64,000 nt of DNA from a virus: positions 1 to 64,000 of IMG/VR virus record IMGVR_UViG_3300030060_006882; one strand, 5' to 3'. The notes under the pieces were generated by a model that saw nothing but the letters and a program-made list of their open reading frames with translations, was not told the DNA's origin and did no database searches. The position numbers were made by a program, and so were the translations under genes. Shown piece after piece: positions 23,978-35,733 of the stretch (its first letter is position 1; the number at the start of each line of letters is the position of its first letter).

Positions 23978-24697
23978 CTATTTAGTAGTAAGACACTTCC
24001 AAGAAACTGGAAATAGAGGTGATATCAGCTTTCCTATTACTTTTGCATATTCACGAATTTCCCACTGAGCATGTTCATCAATCCTCTGTGAATAAAATCT
24101 GGCATATGCAGCAAGACTTCCTGTCCAATACCACTCGGTGTACATTCCTTGTGGTAAAACAAACCTTGCTTGTTCAGGTGCAACCCCACTCGATATAAGA
24201 TCGTTGTATGTAATCATACAGCTTCTGATAACATTCTCATAGGTATGTTGAATATCTGGACTAATTTCTATAAAATCTTCCGATCCCTGTTTAGCACCAT
24301 TTACTGGTTTACCTCTCCACTTAGGCTGATAAAACTCAGGTTCATATGAAACATACCTTCTACTGATTTCATTTTCTACAAAACCTTGTTTATGTTTAAA
24401 AAACTGTGTACGAATGGAAACAGGAGCTTTAATTCGTAAAGTAATCTGAGGGTGAGCAAACGGTGTCCAGTGCTTATATTCTGCAAGATATTTCAGCAAA
24501 GAAACATCCTTGTCTGATAACTTTTGTAAGTCTTCTTCGTGATAAACAGAACCAGATTGATCTAGTCGGTTTCGTGCATCCAAATCCGTTTCCCATTTAG
24601 TTTCTTTATTGAAAGAAACACGAGCGGCATTACATACCGTAAGATCTGTGCCCATGCTATCAATTAAATCTACTTTTCCTCTATCCAAAACATTCAT
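23978..24697 (-). CDS. thyX: Flavin-dependent thymidylate synthase
   Basis: NAARVSF, HWTPF, NEISRRYV, APEQARFVLPQ, HAQWEIR. Confidence 0.92.
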   Translation of the reverse strand: MNVLDRGKVDLIDSMGTDLTVCNAARVSFNKETKWETDLDARNRLDQSGSVYHEEDLQKLSDKDVSLLKYLAEYKHWTPFAHPQITLRIKAPVSIRTQFFKHKQGFVENEISRRYVSYEPEFYQPKWRGKPVNGAKQGSEDFIEISPDIQHTYENVIRSCMITYNDLISSGVAPEQARFVLPQGMYTEWYWTGSLAAYARFYSQRIDEHAQWEIREYAKVIGKLISPLFPVSWKCLTTK

Positions 24698-25740
24698 ACT
24701 TTACTCCACGAATTCAATTTCAAAGTTGCTTCCAACCCACTTACAGTATTATCATCAATTATTTTTTTAATTTCACTTACAGATCTAGTATAGATCATAT
24801 CATTTATGTCTTTATCTGAAAGATGCTCTGGCCATATACAAACTTTATTTCCAGATTTTATAAGTTTTTCATTGTACGAAATAATCTGAGGATTTCTGGG
24901 TTCGTTATCCAACACATACACTAGTTCACTTCCATGAAATCTGGAGGGAATGTTGTCAATTGCACCAGCACCTACTATCGCTACAGAATTAGGAATAAAC
25001 AAAGAGTCTAGTGGTCCCTCTACTACATAAATTCTTTTCTTAGGATTTGCTCTCCACAAACCATACCACAGTCTGTCTATGGATTTGTCTGCTTTTACTG
25101 TAATGTATCGTAACGTACTTCTGGCATTAACCTCACCCTTCATCGTTAAAACTCTTCCCTGAGCACCAACAACATCACCTTTCTTATTGAAGATAGGGAT
25201 TATGAGACGTGGTTCATATGTTACATCGCTGTAGTCCGGATCTAATAGTTTTGCATACCTACCAAAATTATCCGTATAGTATAATACGTCCCAATTCTTT
25301 TTTGGTATTTTACGTAATTCTAAAAATTGAACCGCAACGTGATCATGAGGTAAATCTTTTATGCATGTTAGGGGTTTTAATAAATTTTGCTTCTTATTAA
25401 ACTTAGGCTTCCTCATCAAGGACAACATTTCACTCTCTCCCATATACTTTTTCTTCGGTATATTTTTTTCTTTCCATATCTCTAGAGAATATTCCTTTAA
25501 GAGGGCTGGATTAATCTTTTCCATAAAACTATACAAGTCAGATGCATAACCACAGTTATGACATTTCACTAGGTATTTATTATTTTTTTCATAGAAATAA
25601 AAACGAGTTTTTGTTTTTTTCTTTTGCGAGTCACCGCAAATGGAACACCTGCAATTTGCTAACTTTTCTTTTTTCCACGCAAACCTATCCAGTTGGGTAG
25701 ACAATATATCAATATATTTTTTATCGATGTGTGCAGGCAA
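24694..25740 (-). CDS. gp61: DNA primase (T4 gp61-like)
   Basis: Zn ribbon CRCSICGDS...KCHNCG; TOPRIM VVEGPLDSLF, DNEPRN, KDINDM. Confidence 0.92.
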   Translation of the reverse strand: MPAHIDKKYIDILSTQLDRFAWKKEKLANCRCSICGDSQKKKTKTRFYFYEKNNKYLVKCHNCGYASDLYSFMEKINPALLKEYSLEIWKEKNIPKKKYMGESEMLSLMRKPKFNKKQNLLKPLTCIKDLPHDHVAVQFLELRKIPKKNWDVLYYTDNFGRYAKLLDPDYSDVTYEPRLIIPIFNKKGDVVGAQGRVLTMKGEVNARSTLRYITVKADKSIDRLWYGLWRANPKKRIYVVEGPLDSLFIPNSVAIVGAGAIDNIPSRFHGSELVYVLDNEPRNPQIISYNEKLIKSGNKVCIWPEHLSDKDINDMIYTRSVSEIKKIIDDNTVSGLEATLKLNSWSKV

Positions 25741-25742
25741 TG

Positions 25743-27149
25743 TTAGCTCCAGCTTTGAACACCATTGTTTGTTCGACTAAACTTTTCTTTGAATGAAACA
25801 TCAAATCCAGATCCAGCTTTTTCTTCACTGCTTTGATTGGATTCTACCAAACCATTTTGCTCTTCTAGATCAACATCGTACAATTTCATTTTACTTCTGT
25901 TTATTCCTAGAATAAACTTTCTATTAGATGCAGCATCATTGTATCTATTTTTTAGTTGTTTCACCATAATCTGATTCATGGATTCCAACTCCTCAGTTGA
26001 AATCAAAGCGATCATGAAGTCGGCAGTAGCAGGAAGACCAAACGATTCACTTGTGTCCTCAAGTCCCATATCACTGTTATTAAAACCCTGTCGATTTACC
26101 TGTGTTGCAGAGAAAATAGGAACAGATCTCTCAACAGCTAAACCTCGAAGTTCCTCTGCAATTGCTTTGATGAATGTATATGAATTTGTATTTCCATTGT
26201 TCTTAAGTCTAGATGAAGTACAAATGTTTAGGTAATCAACAAAGATGATATCTGGTTTAAATTTCTTTTTTAACCAAAGCTCATCCAATAGATTACGGAA
26301 ATGTACCACACTAGCAGAAGATGTAGGATACTCCTTAACAATCAACTTACCCTTTGCATGATCAGAAACTTTCTTTAACTTAGATTTGTAAACTTCTTTA
26401 GGTAGTTCTTTAATTTCGTCTATGGTAATATCAAACAGGTTTGCATCAATTCTTTCTGCAATTCTTTCCTCAGCCATTTCACATGTAATGTAAAGCACGT
26501 TCATGTTCTGAGAGAGACATCCTGCAGCATGGTGACACAGGAAGAGTGACTTACCAACACCAGTACCAGCCATGATGATGTTTAGTGTCTTCTGCGGAGT
26601 ACCACCATTAGTAATTCGATTAAAGTAGTCCAAATCAAACGCTACTTTGTTTTCTACCTTATGATAAAAATCAAATCGATCATCTGCATCTTCGATATAA
26701 TCATGTCCAATGTGGGCATCAAAAGACACCGACAGTGCTTCGGACAATATCTCTGGTATCGCATTTTCTGTCTTTGTGTCTGACTTTCCATCGATTATGT
26801 GAATAGATTCCATGATCGCATTGTAAACAGCTTTTTCTTTACAGTAGTTTTCTGTTTCAGATACTAACCAATTTTCATCTGTCTTTTCATCTACAGAAAG
26901 ACCATCAATAAGACTTATACACCCATTATAGGTTTCCTCATTTAAATCATTACGCTTATCCAAGGAAATAACAATTGCCTCTTTTGTTGGGATAGAATTA
27001 TATTCCTTGATAAATTCAGACACAATCCTAAATACAACTTTATCAGAAAAATTCTCAAAGTACCTCTCTTCTAAAAAGGGAAATACTTTACGAGAATATT
27101 TTTCATTGTATGCTAGGTTAGAAAGTATAACCTTAGTGAGATCACTCAT
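25743..27149 (-). CDS. gp41: Replicative helicase (T4 gp41-like)
   Basis: Walker [52 protein letters not shown]. Confidence 0.95.
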   Translation of the reverse strand: MSDLTKVILSNLAYNEKYSRKVFPFLEERYFENFSDKVVFRIVSEFIKEYNSIPTKEAIVISLDKRNDLNEETYNGCISLIDGLSVDEKTDENWLVSETENYCKEKAVYNAIMESIHIIDGKSDTKTENAIPEILSEALSVSFDAHIGHDYIEDADDRFDFYHKVENKVAFDLDYFNRITNGGTPQKTLNIIMAGTGVGKSLFLCHHAAGCLSQNMNVLYITCEMAEERIAERIDANLFDITIDEIKELPKEVYKSKLKKVSDHAKGKLIVKEYPTSSASVVHFRNLLDELWLKKKFKPDIIFVDYLNICTSSRLKNNGNTNSYTFIKAIAEELRGLAVERSVPIFSATQVNRQGFNNSDMGLEDTSESFGLPATADFMIALISTEELESMNQIMVKQLKNRYNDAASNRKFILGINRSKMKLYDVDLEEQNGLVESNQSSEEKAGSGFDVSFKEKFSRTNNGVQSWS

Positions 27150-28176
27150 CAATTTCGCTTTCTGGTGTTACTTCACCGTACATAAATTCTTTTCTTGCTG
27201 CCACATCCAATTGCTTCATAATATCTTCTGTGAAATACTTTGTTGGATCTTTATAGACATGCTTTTCAAAAGCTTTAGTACCATCAGGAAATTCATATCT
27301 GGTTGATACCTTCTTGATTATATCATATTTCTCTGCAAGAGTCAATAGTCCATAATAAGGATCTAGTCCAGTATCATAGTGTAGCATTACATCTACCATT
27401 GAATTTTCTTTTGTAAGCCTAGACTTATACAATTTACAATGGACGATATTACCAATAATATCAGTTCCCTCTTTTACCTTCTTCTTTGAGAGGTAGATAA
27501 TAGAAGAAGCGGCATATTTAAGACCTGCACCACCACTCATTTCCTTTGTAGGGAACATAGAACCAACTGATGCATAGGTGTGGTTCGTCATTACCATAGG
27601 AATACCAGCAGCTCCCAGTTTGATTGTAAGAACTCTGAAAGTAGCCTTGATCACCTGAGCACGAGTCATGTCTCGTGTGGTCTTACCCTCTGCGGTATCA
27701 TTCATTTCCTTTTCAGTCGAAAGCATTCCCAACGAATCCAACACAATCATCATTGGTTTCTTTTCTTTGCTCTCGTTGTACTTGTCAACAATACTGATTG
27801 CCTGATGTCTAAATTCTTCTACTGTAGATACAGGCATGACTGCAACTCGTTTGGGATCAATTCCCCTACCCCGTATCATATCAGAGGTTACAGCTTGTTC
27901 AGAATCAAAGTAAAGAACAACACCGTCAGGACGGTCACGCAAAAATTTAGAAACGATCCCAAGAGTAAAGTACGTTTTTCCTGTTGCAGACTCTCCGGCA
28001 ATCGCAATAATCTTATTGTCTGGTATACCACCATACAAAGAACCACTAAGGATAGAATTAAAAATGTAACAACCAGTATCGACAAAACCACCGATGTCTG
28101 ATCCTGCAACTCCGTCATCAACAATACTTGCATATTTATTCCCCGATTCTTTAACTAAATCATTTAAAAATTCCAT
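27142..28176 (-). CDS. uvsX: RecA-like recombinase UvsX
   Basis: [41 protein letters not shown]. Confidence 0.93.
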   Translation of the reverse strand: MEFLNDLVKESGNKYASIVDDGVAGSDIGGFVDTGCYIFNSILSGSLYGGIPDNKIIAIAGESATGKTYFTLGIVSKFLRDRPDGVVLYFDSEQAVTSDMIRGRGIDPKRVAVMPVSTVEEFRHQAISIVDKYNESKEKKPMMIVLDSLGMLSTEKEMNDTAEGKTTRDMTRAQVIKATFRVLTIKLGAAGIPMVMTNHTYASVGSMFPTKEMSGGAGLKYAASSIIYLSKKKVKEGTDIIGNIVHCKLYKSRLTKENSMVDVMLHYDTGLDPYYGLLTLAEKYDIIKKVSTRYEFPDGTKAFEKHVYKDPTKYFTEDIMKQLDVAARKEFMYGEVTPESEIDE

Positions 28177-28184
28177 TTATTCTC

Positions 28185-30731
28185 CTATTCGAATAATGCC
28201 TCTAATGTGTTTACTTTTTCCGCATTCCAACCAATAACATCCAGTATGTTTTTAAGTGGTTCTAGAAAACTAGTGTTGAATTGTTTTTCATAATTAATAT
28301 ATTGGTCCAATCCAAATTCTATAGGTATTGAACTCTTAAACGAAACGACTTGATCTCCTCTAGGACCAGAAACTGGATTTGGTTGTTTAAGATAGATAAA
28401 TTTAACTTTATCTCCTTCATAGATAGTTTCATATTTTTTTGTCAATTTAAGTTGTTTAATTTTTCTATTATAGAGAAGAGCACCTTTAACTGCAATCGGA
28501 GTTCCCTTTGTGTAAATATCAGTTTTACATGAATACTTTGTAATACTAGAAACACCTCTAGGAAATGCTATGTCCTCTGGTGTGCTATTATAGAATTCAT
28601 CTCTGAAATTTACAATCAAATTCTGGATAGTTTCTTCGTCTGTTGTAAGAATCAACCCAATACACTCTTTAAGTTTTGTTCTGACTATTGCAGGAGTTGA
28701 GCTTCGAGTAGTTTCAATTCCCATGATCTTTAACTTAGGCTTTTCATAACGAACTCCTTCGCTATCCCACACGTTAAGCATATATCTTTTCTTCGCAGTC
28801 CAGATACCACTCTCCGCAATAACTTCTCTGCCCATGTTCATCTTGTTTTTGTACGCAGACATCAAATCACAAAGTTCTTCGTATTTACTTTCAATGAATG
28901 GTATGATTATTTTCTCTGATGCTTTGTCGAGGAAGTTTGTGATTTTCTCCACATCATTTCCATTAGGAATAAACTTGTCCACAAGATTCCCAAGCCTAAG
29001 ATAAACAGAATCGGTATCAGATGCCACAACATAGTCATAATTTTTAGTTCCAACATGATCATTTAAAAATCCATTTAGTTTATCTGCAATCCAACGAATA
29101 CTTAACTGCCCTGAAGTAGTAATAGCTTCCGCCATATCTACATCATAGTAACGAAAATATTGATTACCAATCGCACCATAAGCAGAGTTCAATTGAATTT
29201 TTCTAACTAACTGAAAGTTATGATACTTAGTAATCTCATAATCCAAATCTGGATTATCTGGATCCTTCTCTTTTTGTTTCTGACACTCAATCATTTTTTG
29301 CTTGTACATACTACGTTCTTCATACATCGTTTCCATCAGTTCAGGAAGAAATCCATAGAAGTCTTTAGTATAACAAGTACCATTAGCTGCAACTGAATAT
29401 CCCATAGATTTCATTTTCTCTATGTTTTCGTGACACTTCTTTGCATGAGGATCAGATGATCCTTTGAGAATATTATCAGGAGAAACTCCAAACGACATAT
29501 CAGAATCTTCTTTGCGAAGAGTCTCTGGAGAGATGTTGTATTGCATGATCAAGTGTGGGTATAGTGAGTTCAAGTCAAACGATACAACCCACTCATGCCT
29601 TCCCACTATGGGATCTTTTACATATGCACCGACATACTGATCATTCTTTTGTCCTTGCTTCTTGGGTGGAATCACAATACCCTTATCTCTGAGGTAGTGG
29701 TAGATAATAGCATCCCAAGTTCTAACCTGAGAAAACACATCTTCATAATTCACCTTGGCTGCATATGCAAGTGCCATTGCAAGTTCAAGTAACTTTAACT
29801 TCTCTTCTAATTGCTGAATAAGAACAACGTCCTTGATGTTGTATTCGATGAACTTCTGGAAATCCTTTTTATAGAAGTCGCGTATTGAATCATACTCGGC
29901 GTAAGAAAGTTTACGCTCACCCAGCTCAACAAATGCAATGTGATCTAGTCTATAAGACTCCTGATTCACATAAGTAAATGTCTTATACAAATCAAAGTAA
30001 TCTAAAATAGAAATACCAAGAATCTGATATACAAGATTCTTTTTTCCTTGCTTTTCAATATACTTATCACGCAATCTCTTCCAAGGAGAAAGACGCTTTG
30101 CGTGCTTTGGTTTCAGTACATGCTTAATTCTAGAAATCAAATAAGGAATATCAAAAAACTTAACATTCCATCCAGTTATGACGTGGGGTGGATCATTTTC
30201 CCACCATTCTATAAAAGCTAACAGAAGATCTTCTTCATTGTCAAAACAGTAAGAAAACACATTACGTTCAGAAGTTTTAAACTGTCCTAAACCAAAAACA
30301 TGAGTTTTCCCCAACATAGAAACTGTAATTGCAATTACACGCTCTTCTGGATTTTCTACACTAGGAAATCCTCCGTCACATGTAGTTTCGATATCCATGT
30401 AACAGATAGGAATTTTACTCTGATCATATTCAACTTCTTTTGGAAAATAGTCTCCAATATATTGATAGACATAATCCGTATTACCATACACTGTAAAATT
30501 ATCTACATTTGAATATGTGTTTACAAAATCCCTACACTCGTAAATACTACCGGGAACAAACGGTTCTACGTATTCTCCGTTAAGAGTTTTATAGTCAGTT
30601 TTATTCGACGATTTGACAAAGAGAGTAGGACGATAATGATCAACTCTTTTAATTTCTTCACCATTAGAAAATCCACGATATAAAATGCCATCACCAACGA
30701 GAGATACGTTGGTGTAGAAATTACGTTCCAT
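28185..30731 (-). CDS. gp43: Family B DNA polymerase (T4 gp43-like)
   Basis: Exo DIET, GWN..FFDIPY, YNIKDV; pol SFDLNSLYPH, KIQLNSAYG, SDTDS, KKRY. Confidence 0.96.
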   Translation of the reverse strand: MERNFYTNVSLVGDGILYRGFSNGEEIKRVDHYRPTLFVKSSNKTDYKTLNGEYVEPFVPGSIYECRDFVNTYSNVDNFTVYGNTDYVYQYIGDYFPKEVEYDQSKIPICYMDIETTCDGGFPSVENPEERVIAITVSMLGKTHVFGLGQFKTSERNVFSYCFDNEEDLLLAFIEWWENDPPHVITGWNVKFFDIPYLISRIKHVLKPKHAKRLSPWKRLRDKYIEKQGKKNLVYQILGISILDYFDLYKTFTYVNQESYRLDHIAFVELGERKLSYAEYDSIRDFYKKDFQKFIEYNIKDVVLIQQLEEKLKLLELAMALAYAAKVNYEDVFSQVRTWDAIIYHYLRDKGIVIPPKKQGQKNDQYVGAYVKDPIVGRHEWVVSFDLNSLYPHLIMQYNISPETLRKEDSDMSFGVSPDNILKGSSDPHAKKCHENIEKMKSMGYSVAANGTCYTKDFYGFLPELMETMYEERSMYKQKMIECQKQKEKDPDNPDLDYEITKYHNFQLVRKIQLNSAYGAIGNQYFRYYDVDMAEAITTSGQLSIRWIADKLNGFLNDHVGTKNYDYVVASDTDSVYLRLGNLVDKFIPNGNDVEKITNFLDKASEKIIIPFIESKYEELCDLMSAYKNKMNMGREVIAESGIWTAKKRYMLNVWDSEGVRYEKPKLKIMGIETTRSSTPAIVRTKLKECIGLILTTDEETIQNLIVNFRDEFYNSTPEDIAFPRGVSSITKYSCKTDIYTKGTPIAVKGALLYNRKIKQLKLTKKYETIYEGDKVKFIYLKQPNPVSGPRGDQVVSFKSSIPIEFGLDQYINYEKQFNTSFLEPLKNILDVIGWNAEKVNTLEALFE

Positions 30732-30754
30732 ATAGTCGCTCCTATTTTAGGACT

Positions 30755-30783
30755 ATTATATCAGACAGATTCCATCGAGTCAA
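30755..30783 (-). promoter_or_regulatory. Sigma70-type promoter TTGACT-N17-TATAAT for gp43
   Basis: Near-consensus hexamers upstream of AGGAG and ATG 30731. Confidence 0.65.
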
Positions 30784-31141
30784 CCAAATTGTCCTCGAAT
30801 AGCATGAGTTGATCATCGAGAGAAGAGATTTCCTTGTCTTTGATAAATGCCGATAACAGCACCATATAGTTGATAACATCAACCACTGTATCGTTAAAAC
30901 TTTCGTCTTTTACGTGCATTTTACCAGCGTCTATAAAAGAAGATAGTCTACTCATCTTATCTGTAATTCGTGTCATGAAACCTTGTTCTGTAGAACAGAT
31001 TCCCATAGACTCTACTCTGGTAAAATTGGCAAATGGTTCTTTACCATCATTGCCTGCATAATCTCTATTTTTTAGACTCATTAAGTCCTTTGCATCCTTA
31101 CAAAGTTCTTCATGATATTTCAGCAATTCATCGCGTGTCAT
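30761..31141 (-). CDS. Nucleotide-modification-associated domain 1 (Nmad1/DUF1599)-like helical protein
   Basis: KNRDYA....PFANF, RITDKMSRL, ESFNDTVVDVINY. Confidence 0.7.
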   Translation of the reverse strand: MTRDELLKYHEELCKDAKDLMSLKNRDYAGNDGKEPFANFTRVESMGICSTEQGFMTRITDKMSRLSSFIDAGKMHVKDESFNDTVVDVINYMVLLSAFIKDKEISSLDDQLMLFEDNLVDSMESV

Positions 31142-31142
31142 A

Positions 31143-31712
31143 TTATACTCCTGTTGATCCAAATCCGCCCTTGCGGTCTGTTTTATTTTTTGGTGCTTCT
31201 GTTTGTGCGTATGTAATATGGGAAATTATGTCATAAGGTTTCAATATCTCAACCTGAGCAATTCTATCTCCATGATTAATTTCAAAAGGTATATTTGTAG
31301 TATTATATAATGCAACATAAACTTCATTGCAATAATCAGAATCAATAATGCCCTCTGAATTTATTAGAGTAACTCCATGCTTCCATGCGTTTCCTGATCT
31401 AGGATGTAATCGTGCAGAAAACTCAACTGGAATGTCAAAAACCATACCTGTAGGTATCAATGCACGACATTTAGGTCCAAGCATAAATTTACAATTAGGA
31501 ACATCACTGTCAAAGACGACATCTGCAGAACTTTCGTGTATTTGATTATATGCATCATACCATTTAATAGTTCTAATTATAGGTGGAATATCCTCTGGAG
31601 GAACAGCTCCTCGTAAATGAGCGTGAATGTCGAAACATGCCGATTCTGTTGTTGCTCTTTTTAGTGGTAATGTATTGGGATATAACTTATAAATCTTCAT
31701 CGTCTCTGACAT
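31143..31712 (-). CDS. dut: Trimeric dUTPase
   Basis: SACFDI, PRSG, GIIDSDY, GDRIAQ, RKGGFGSTG. Confidence 0.93.
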   Translation of the reverse strand: MSETMKIYKLYPNTLPLKRATTESACFDIHAHLRGAVPPEDIPPIIRTIKWYDAYNQIHESSADVVFDSDVPNCKFMLGPKCRALIPTGMVFDIPVEFSARLHPRSGNAWKHGVTLINSEGIIDSDYCNEVYVALYNTTNIPFEINHGDRIAQVEILKPYDIISHITYAQTEAPKNKTDRKGGFGSTGV

Positions 31713-31744
31713 GAGTATAGGGTCTCCATAAACTTTGTTCTATA

Positions 31745-31772
31745 ATTATAGATCAAAATTGTAAATTGTCAA
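31745..31772 (-). promoter_or_regulatory. Sigma70-type promoter TTGACA-N16-TATAAT for dut
   Basis: Perfect hexamers. Confidence 0.75.
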
Positions 31773-31807
31773 GAAGTAATTACCTTCTAAACATTAATTA
31801 TATAAAA

Positions 31808-32560
31808 TCAACCGAATGCCTTTACAACAACTTTTCCATCCGCACCAGAATTACCCTGTACGCTTCCAGCAGTTGCGTGTTCTGATGCTCCACCACCAGC
31901 TCCACCACCGGGCGCAGACCCTGCATTTCCAGTTCCAGAACCAGAAGCATTTCCACCATTACCACCACTACCACCATTAGGAGAATCACCACCATCACCT
32001 CCATCATACGCGCCGCTTTGCTGTCTTTTCAATTCCGCAGCCCCGCTCGAGGGGTTACTTGGTGCGTTAGTATTTGTTATGTTTCCACCTGAGGCAACAC
32101 CTCCAGCATGAGCGTTTGTAGGTACGGAAATAATATCTATTCCCGATCCTGGTCCTCCACCACCTGCACTTGGACCAGATAAATCTACTGCACTTCCGCC
32201 ATCGGGAGTAATTGAATTCAAAGTAGTGTCTCCTCCAGCAGTGCCCGTACCACTAGGATGACGTATTCCACCTTCTCCAACAGTAAAATTTATAACGGCA
32301 TCTTTAATTACACTAGTATTAAATATTCTATGTTTTACATAAGCACCACCACCTCCGCCTCCACCTCTGACGTGTACCGTAACACCTCTCTGACTTGTCG
32401 TCCCACCATCACCAGAACCACCACCACCACCAAACATCTCTATCTCAACATAAACAGTTCCCTCTGGAACCGTATAGTTTTGAGAACCGGTCGAGGTGAT
32501 ATTAGTAGTCGATAAGACTTGGTATGCTCTTGTACTCGCTGCTCTACTTGCACCAATCAT
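31808..32560 (-). CDS. Glycine-rich tail-fibre-associated protein
   Basis: YTVPEG..YVEIEMFGGGGG...GGGGGGAY...TVG.GG...APGGGAGGG...GADGKVVV. Confidence 0.75.
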   Translation of the reverse strand: MIGASRAASTRAYQVLSTTNITSTGSQNYTVPEGTVYVEIEMFGGGGGSGDGGTTSQRGVTVHVRGGGGGGGAYVKHRIFNTSVIKDAVINFTVGEGGIRHPSGTGTAGGDTTLNSITPDGGSAVDLSGPSAGGGGPGSGIDIISVPTNAHAGGVASGGNITNTNAPSNPSSGAAELKRQQSGAYDGGDGGDSPNGGSGGNGGNASGSGTGNAGSAPGGGAGGGASEHATAGSVQGNSGADGKVVVKAFG

Positions 32561-34254
32561 GAGAAGTTCAATCCACCTACAAATCCAAAGATATTAGATC
32601 CCCCGTCCGTTGTTAGGAAGGAAAGAACATCGACACCAGATGAAGTTAGCGATGGTGCAACATCACTTGGCCATTTAATTGCAGAAGCAAACGTTACTGT
32701 CGCAGATCCTCCATTTGTAATCACGAGAGTTACAGTCCCCGCTTTACCAGATGCAGGTGGGTTTGTGAAACTAAACTCACAGTTACCGTTAACAGTTACA
32801 GTTTGTACATTACCGTTCTCAAAGTTAACTGCGGTATTACCTGTAATAGTTCCAATGGCATTTACGTGTTCAGAATAGTCTTTAAGGTTTGATCTAGAAA
32901 CATCATTATCTAAAAAGTTTGTGGTTCCCTCTACTGCTAGATTGCCATCACAAGAAATACCGTTTGTAGATATAGTTCCATTTACATCAAGTTTCTGCTG
33001 AGGATCAGTTGTTCCAATACCAACGTTACCATCAGGATCAATTGTCATTCTTGCAGTATTGGCAGTTGCAAACTGAATACCGTGGGTATGGTTGCCCGCA
33101 CTACCGTCTGCTTCGATATAGAACATGTTCGATTCAGCACCCGAGAACTGTGATCCATCATCACCGAGAAGACCAATACTAGCACTAATAACTCCACCAT
33201 CTTGTTCTAGTCGAATTAGTGGGTTATCATTCTCGTTGTTGTTGTCAGTATCTGCTTTAACTGTTAGAGCAATATCACCACTGTCTGTTACTAGCGTTAC
33301 ATTATTAGTGAATGTTGCACCAGCAGCATCAAGATCACCTAAAGTTTCAATCTTACCATCAGTAAATGTGACACCATCTATAGTTGTTTCTGTGGCGGTT
33401 AAGTCAAGACCTGTATGATCACCAGCAGTTAATCTGAGTCGATTTGAGTCAAATCGCAAATGAGTGTCGCTATCGTTGATGTGAGTAAGGAACTGATTAA
33501 TTTGCAAAGAATAAATGGGTATTCTAATTAATCCATTCGTCTTATTGAAAGAAGCAACTGCCACACCTTCTTGGAAAAAGTTAGCATATGCCTGATCTAA
33601 CTTAAGATCCCTAGCAATGGTTAAAGTTCCTCCAGAGTAAACTTCTCCTCCAAATGTAGCACCACCTTCAACAGTGATACCCACCGGCACATTAACTCCA
33701 GTTCCAGTTATACTAGCCTGTGTAATACCACCTGCAACAAAATTCATAGTATTGCCGTCAGCAAAATTCACATAGGTGTCTGTATCATTCTTTGATCCTA
33801 GAACACCACCACCTAGAATATTAACTATAGGAGCATCCAGTTTTATCCGAGTTGCAGCGTTTGCAATTATTTCACTGTGAGAATCTCTAATGCTTATATC
33901 AGTGAGATTTCCATCACTGCCAACATCACCTATTGCTACATTTAAACCACTCTGAATGTCAAAAACAGTTTGTCCAGAAGAATTTAAAATATTATGATTA
34001 CCACTAAATGTTATGTCACCATCAAAAGTCGCACCACCTTTGGAGGTTATTCCAGCAACAGGTAAGATCAGTGCATTTGTAGTAACATCTCCGGTAAGAC
34101 CATTAAATGAATCTACAAGAGCATCTCCAGTGTGACCATGTGTATCGCCCGATGCAACTTGTCTGTCCCAGGCGTAACCATTCCACGTCCATTTACTAGT
34201 TCCAATGGTGTGTACACTTACGTTCGCTATTAATCCTTCTGTCGGAAATGCCAT
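32557..34254 (-). CDS. Tail fibre protein
   Basis: MAFP...WTWNGYAW; VDSFNGLTGDV; GGATF repeats; RMTIDPDGNVGIGTTDPQQKLDVNG; C-terminal IKWPSDVAPSLT...DVLSF. Confidence 0.8.
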   Translation of the reverse strand: MAFPTEGLIANVSVHTIGTSKWTWNGYAWDRQVASGDTHGHTGDALVDSFNGLTGDVTTNALILPVAGITSKGGATFDGDITFSGNHNILNSSGQTVFDIQSGLNVAIGDVGSDGNLTDISIRDSHSEIIANAATRIKLDAPIVNILGGGVLGSKNDTDTYVNFADGNTMNFVAGGITQASITGTGVNVPVGITVEGGATFGGEVYSGGTLTIARDLKLDQAYANFFQEGVAVASFNKTNGLIRIPIYSLQINQFLTHINDSDTHLRFDSNRLRLTAGDHTGLDLTATETTIDGVTFTDGKIETLGDLDAAGATFTNNVTLVTDSGDIALTVKADTDNNNENDNPLIRLEQDGGVISASIGLLGDDGSQFSGAESNMFYIEADGSAGNHTHGIQFATANTARMTIDPDGNVGIGTTDPQQKLDVNGTISTNGISCDGNLAVEGTTNFLDNDVSRSNLKDYSEHVNAIGTITGNTAVNFENGNVQTVTVNGNCEFSFTNPPASGKAGTVTLVITNGGSATVTFASAIKWPSDVAPSLTSSGVDVLSFLTTDGGSNIFGFVGGLNFS

Positions 34255-34263
34255 TTATATCTC

Positions 34264-35673
34264 CTAAGTCTCTACCCAATTATCATCTAATCTTGTGTAA
34301 AGAATACCTGTATCAGTATTTAGGTGAAAATCTCCTGTAGCATAAGTCCCGGTAGCAACATCTGCAGAAACTCCAGAAAATAATCTAGGAACTTTACTCA
34401 GTCTAATAGAAACCCATCTACCATCATCTCTATACTCCCAATGATCTCCTGTAAAGTTTATACTGTCCGAAGATCTTTTCTTTATTATTCCATCAAGTAA
34501 AATACCAACACCACCACCACCGGAGGATGCAGCATTAATAAACTTATTCATTAATTGAGAATTAATTTGTGGATCGTTACTGAGCAATTTCTCAAAGAAT
34601 TTTTTATCAAGAGAAAACTCTTGTCTGTCTGGATTGTAAACAAGAGGATATTTCGAAGAAATTAAACCAGGATCTCCTTCATCCCCCTTGTCACCTTTAT
34701 CCCCTTTAGGACCAATAGGACCCATCACACCGTCAATACCGCGGTCTCCTTGAATGCCGATATCACCCTTTGATCCCTTAGTTCCTTGTTCACCTTGAGG
34801 TCCTACAGGACCTTGATTTCCGATATCTCCCTTTTCACCCTGATCACCCTTTTCACCTTTGTCTCCTCGATCACCCTTTTCGCCACGAGGACCCATTTTA
34901 CCGTCAACACCAGAAGGACCAGCGACACCCGGTTCTCCTTTGTCTCCCTTTGAACCTACTTCACCATTAACACCGTCTCTACCATCTTTACCATCTACAC
35001 CGTCAACACCATCCTTACCATCAATCCCATCTTTTCCATCTACACCATCTTTACCCGGAGGACCAATAGGACCCTCTGGACCTATAGGACCGGGAGCACC
35101 ATCGTCACCAACTGGTCCTATAGGACCTGGAAGACCTTGAACACCCTGTTCTCCCTTATCTCCCATAGGACCTTGAGGTCCAACCACTTGCTCTGTAACT
35201 ACAGGGCTAACTGGTTCATGTTGAATATCATCATCTTGAATTACACGCTGCAAGTTTTCATTTATCTTTTTCCTGCTGCCGCGTATTTCGTACACTTCGT
35301 TATTAACCTCTAAGAATATCTTAGATAGTCCATGATCCAAAGAGATAGTTCGATCAACCTCTTCTAGAAAACTTTCTCTGTATATTTGTGATGATTTTAA
35401 ATTTTCAATTTCAGGACCTGTCCATGCATATTCATTGCATCTTATGGACTCGTCATATGGAGAAAAATATTCATTAAAATCTTCTTTTTTAGAAACTACT
35501 TTTATTACTCGGTGATCCTCAGTTTCTAAATTTACCCCATTAGTAAATGAAGAGAATCCACCAGAATAATTACTCAATTCAACTATGTCATCATGAGTAT
35601 CATTAGTATTTTCTAATACTAGATTTTTTGTTAAATCAGAATTTATATCTTTTTTTAATATCCATTTTTTCAT
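34264..35673 (-). CDS. Collagen-like fibre protein
   Basis: 58 uninterrupted Gly-X-Y triplets; C-terminal [13 protein letters not shown]...W; late promoter upstream. Confidence 0.85.
   Translation of the reverse strand: MKKWILKKDINSDLTKNLVLENTNDTHDDIVELSNYSGGFSSFTNGVNLETEDHRVIKVVSKKEDFNEYFSPYDESIRCNEYAWTGPEIENLKSSQIYRESFLEEVDRTISLDHGLSKIFLEVNNEVYEIRGSRKKINENLQRVIQDDDIQHEPVSPVVTEQVVGPQGPMGDKGEQGVQGLPGPIGPVGDDGAPGPIGPEGPIGPPGKDGVDGKDGIDGKDGVDGVDGKDGRDGVNGEVGSKGDKGEPGVAGPSGVDGKMGPRGEKGDRGDKGEKGDQGEKGDIGNQGPVGPQGEQGTKGSKGDIGIQGDRGIDGVMGPIGPKGDKGDKGDEGDPGLISSKYPLVYNPDRQEFSLDKKFFEKLLSNDPQINSQLMNKFINAASSGGGGVGILLDGIIKKRSSDSINFTGDHWEYRDDGRWVSIRLSKVPRLFSGVSADVATGTYATGDFHLNTDTGILYTRLDDNWVET
34660..35181 (-). 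repeat. Gly-X-Y collagen repeat, 58 triplets, including tandem GKDGVD units
   Basis: Counted from GPQ (35181) to GLI (34660): 522 nt. Confidence 0.9.
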
Positions 35674-35725
35674 AGAATGTCCCAGATTATTATTCACATT
35701 ACTGATATAAAATAAGATATACTAT

Positions 35726-35733
35726 TATTTATA
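35726..35733 (-). promoter_or_regulatory. T4-type late promoter TATAAATA for the collagen/fibre operon
   Basis: Exact consensus overlapping the stop of the upstream glycosyltransferase. Confidence 0.7.

Noticed and set aside
34859..35140. Pro/Ser-rich plus-strand ORF and the many other short shadow ORFs
   Set aside because: Antisense or off-frame by-products of well-supported genes, with no RBS or motifs.
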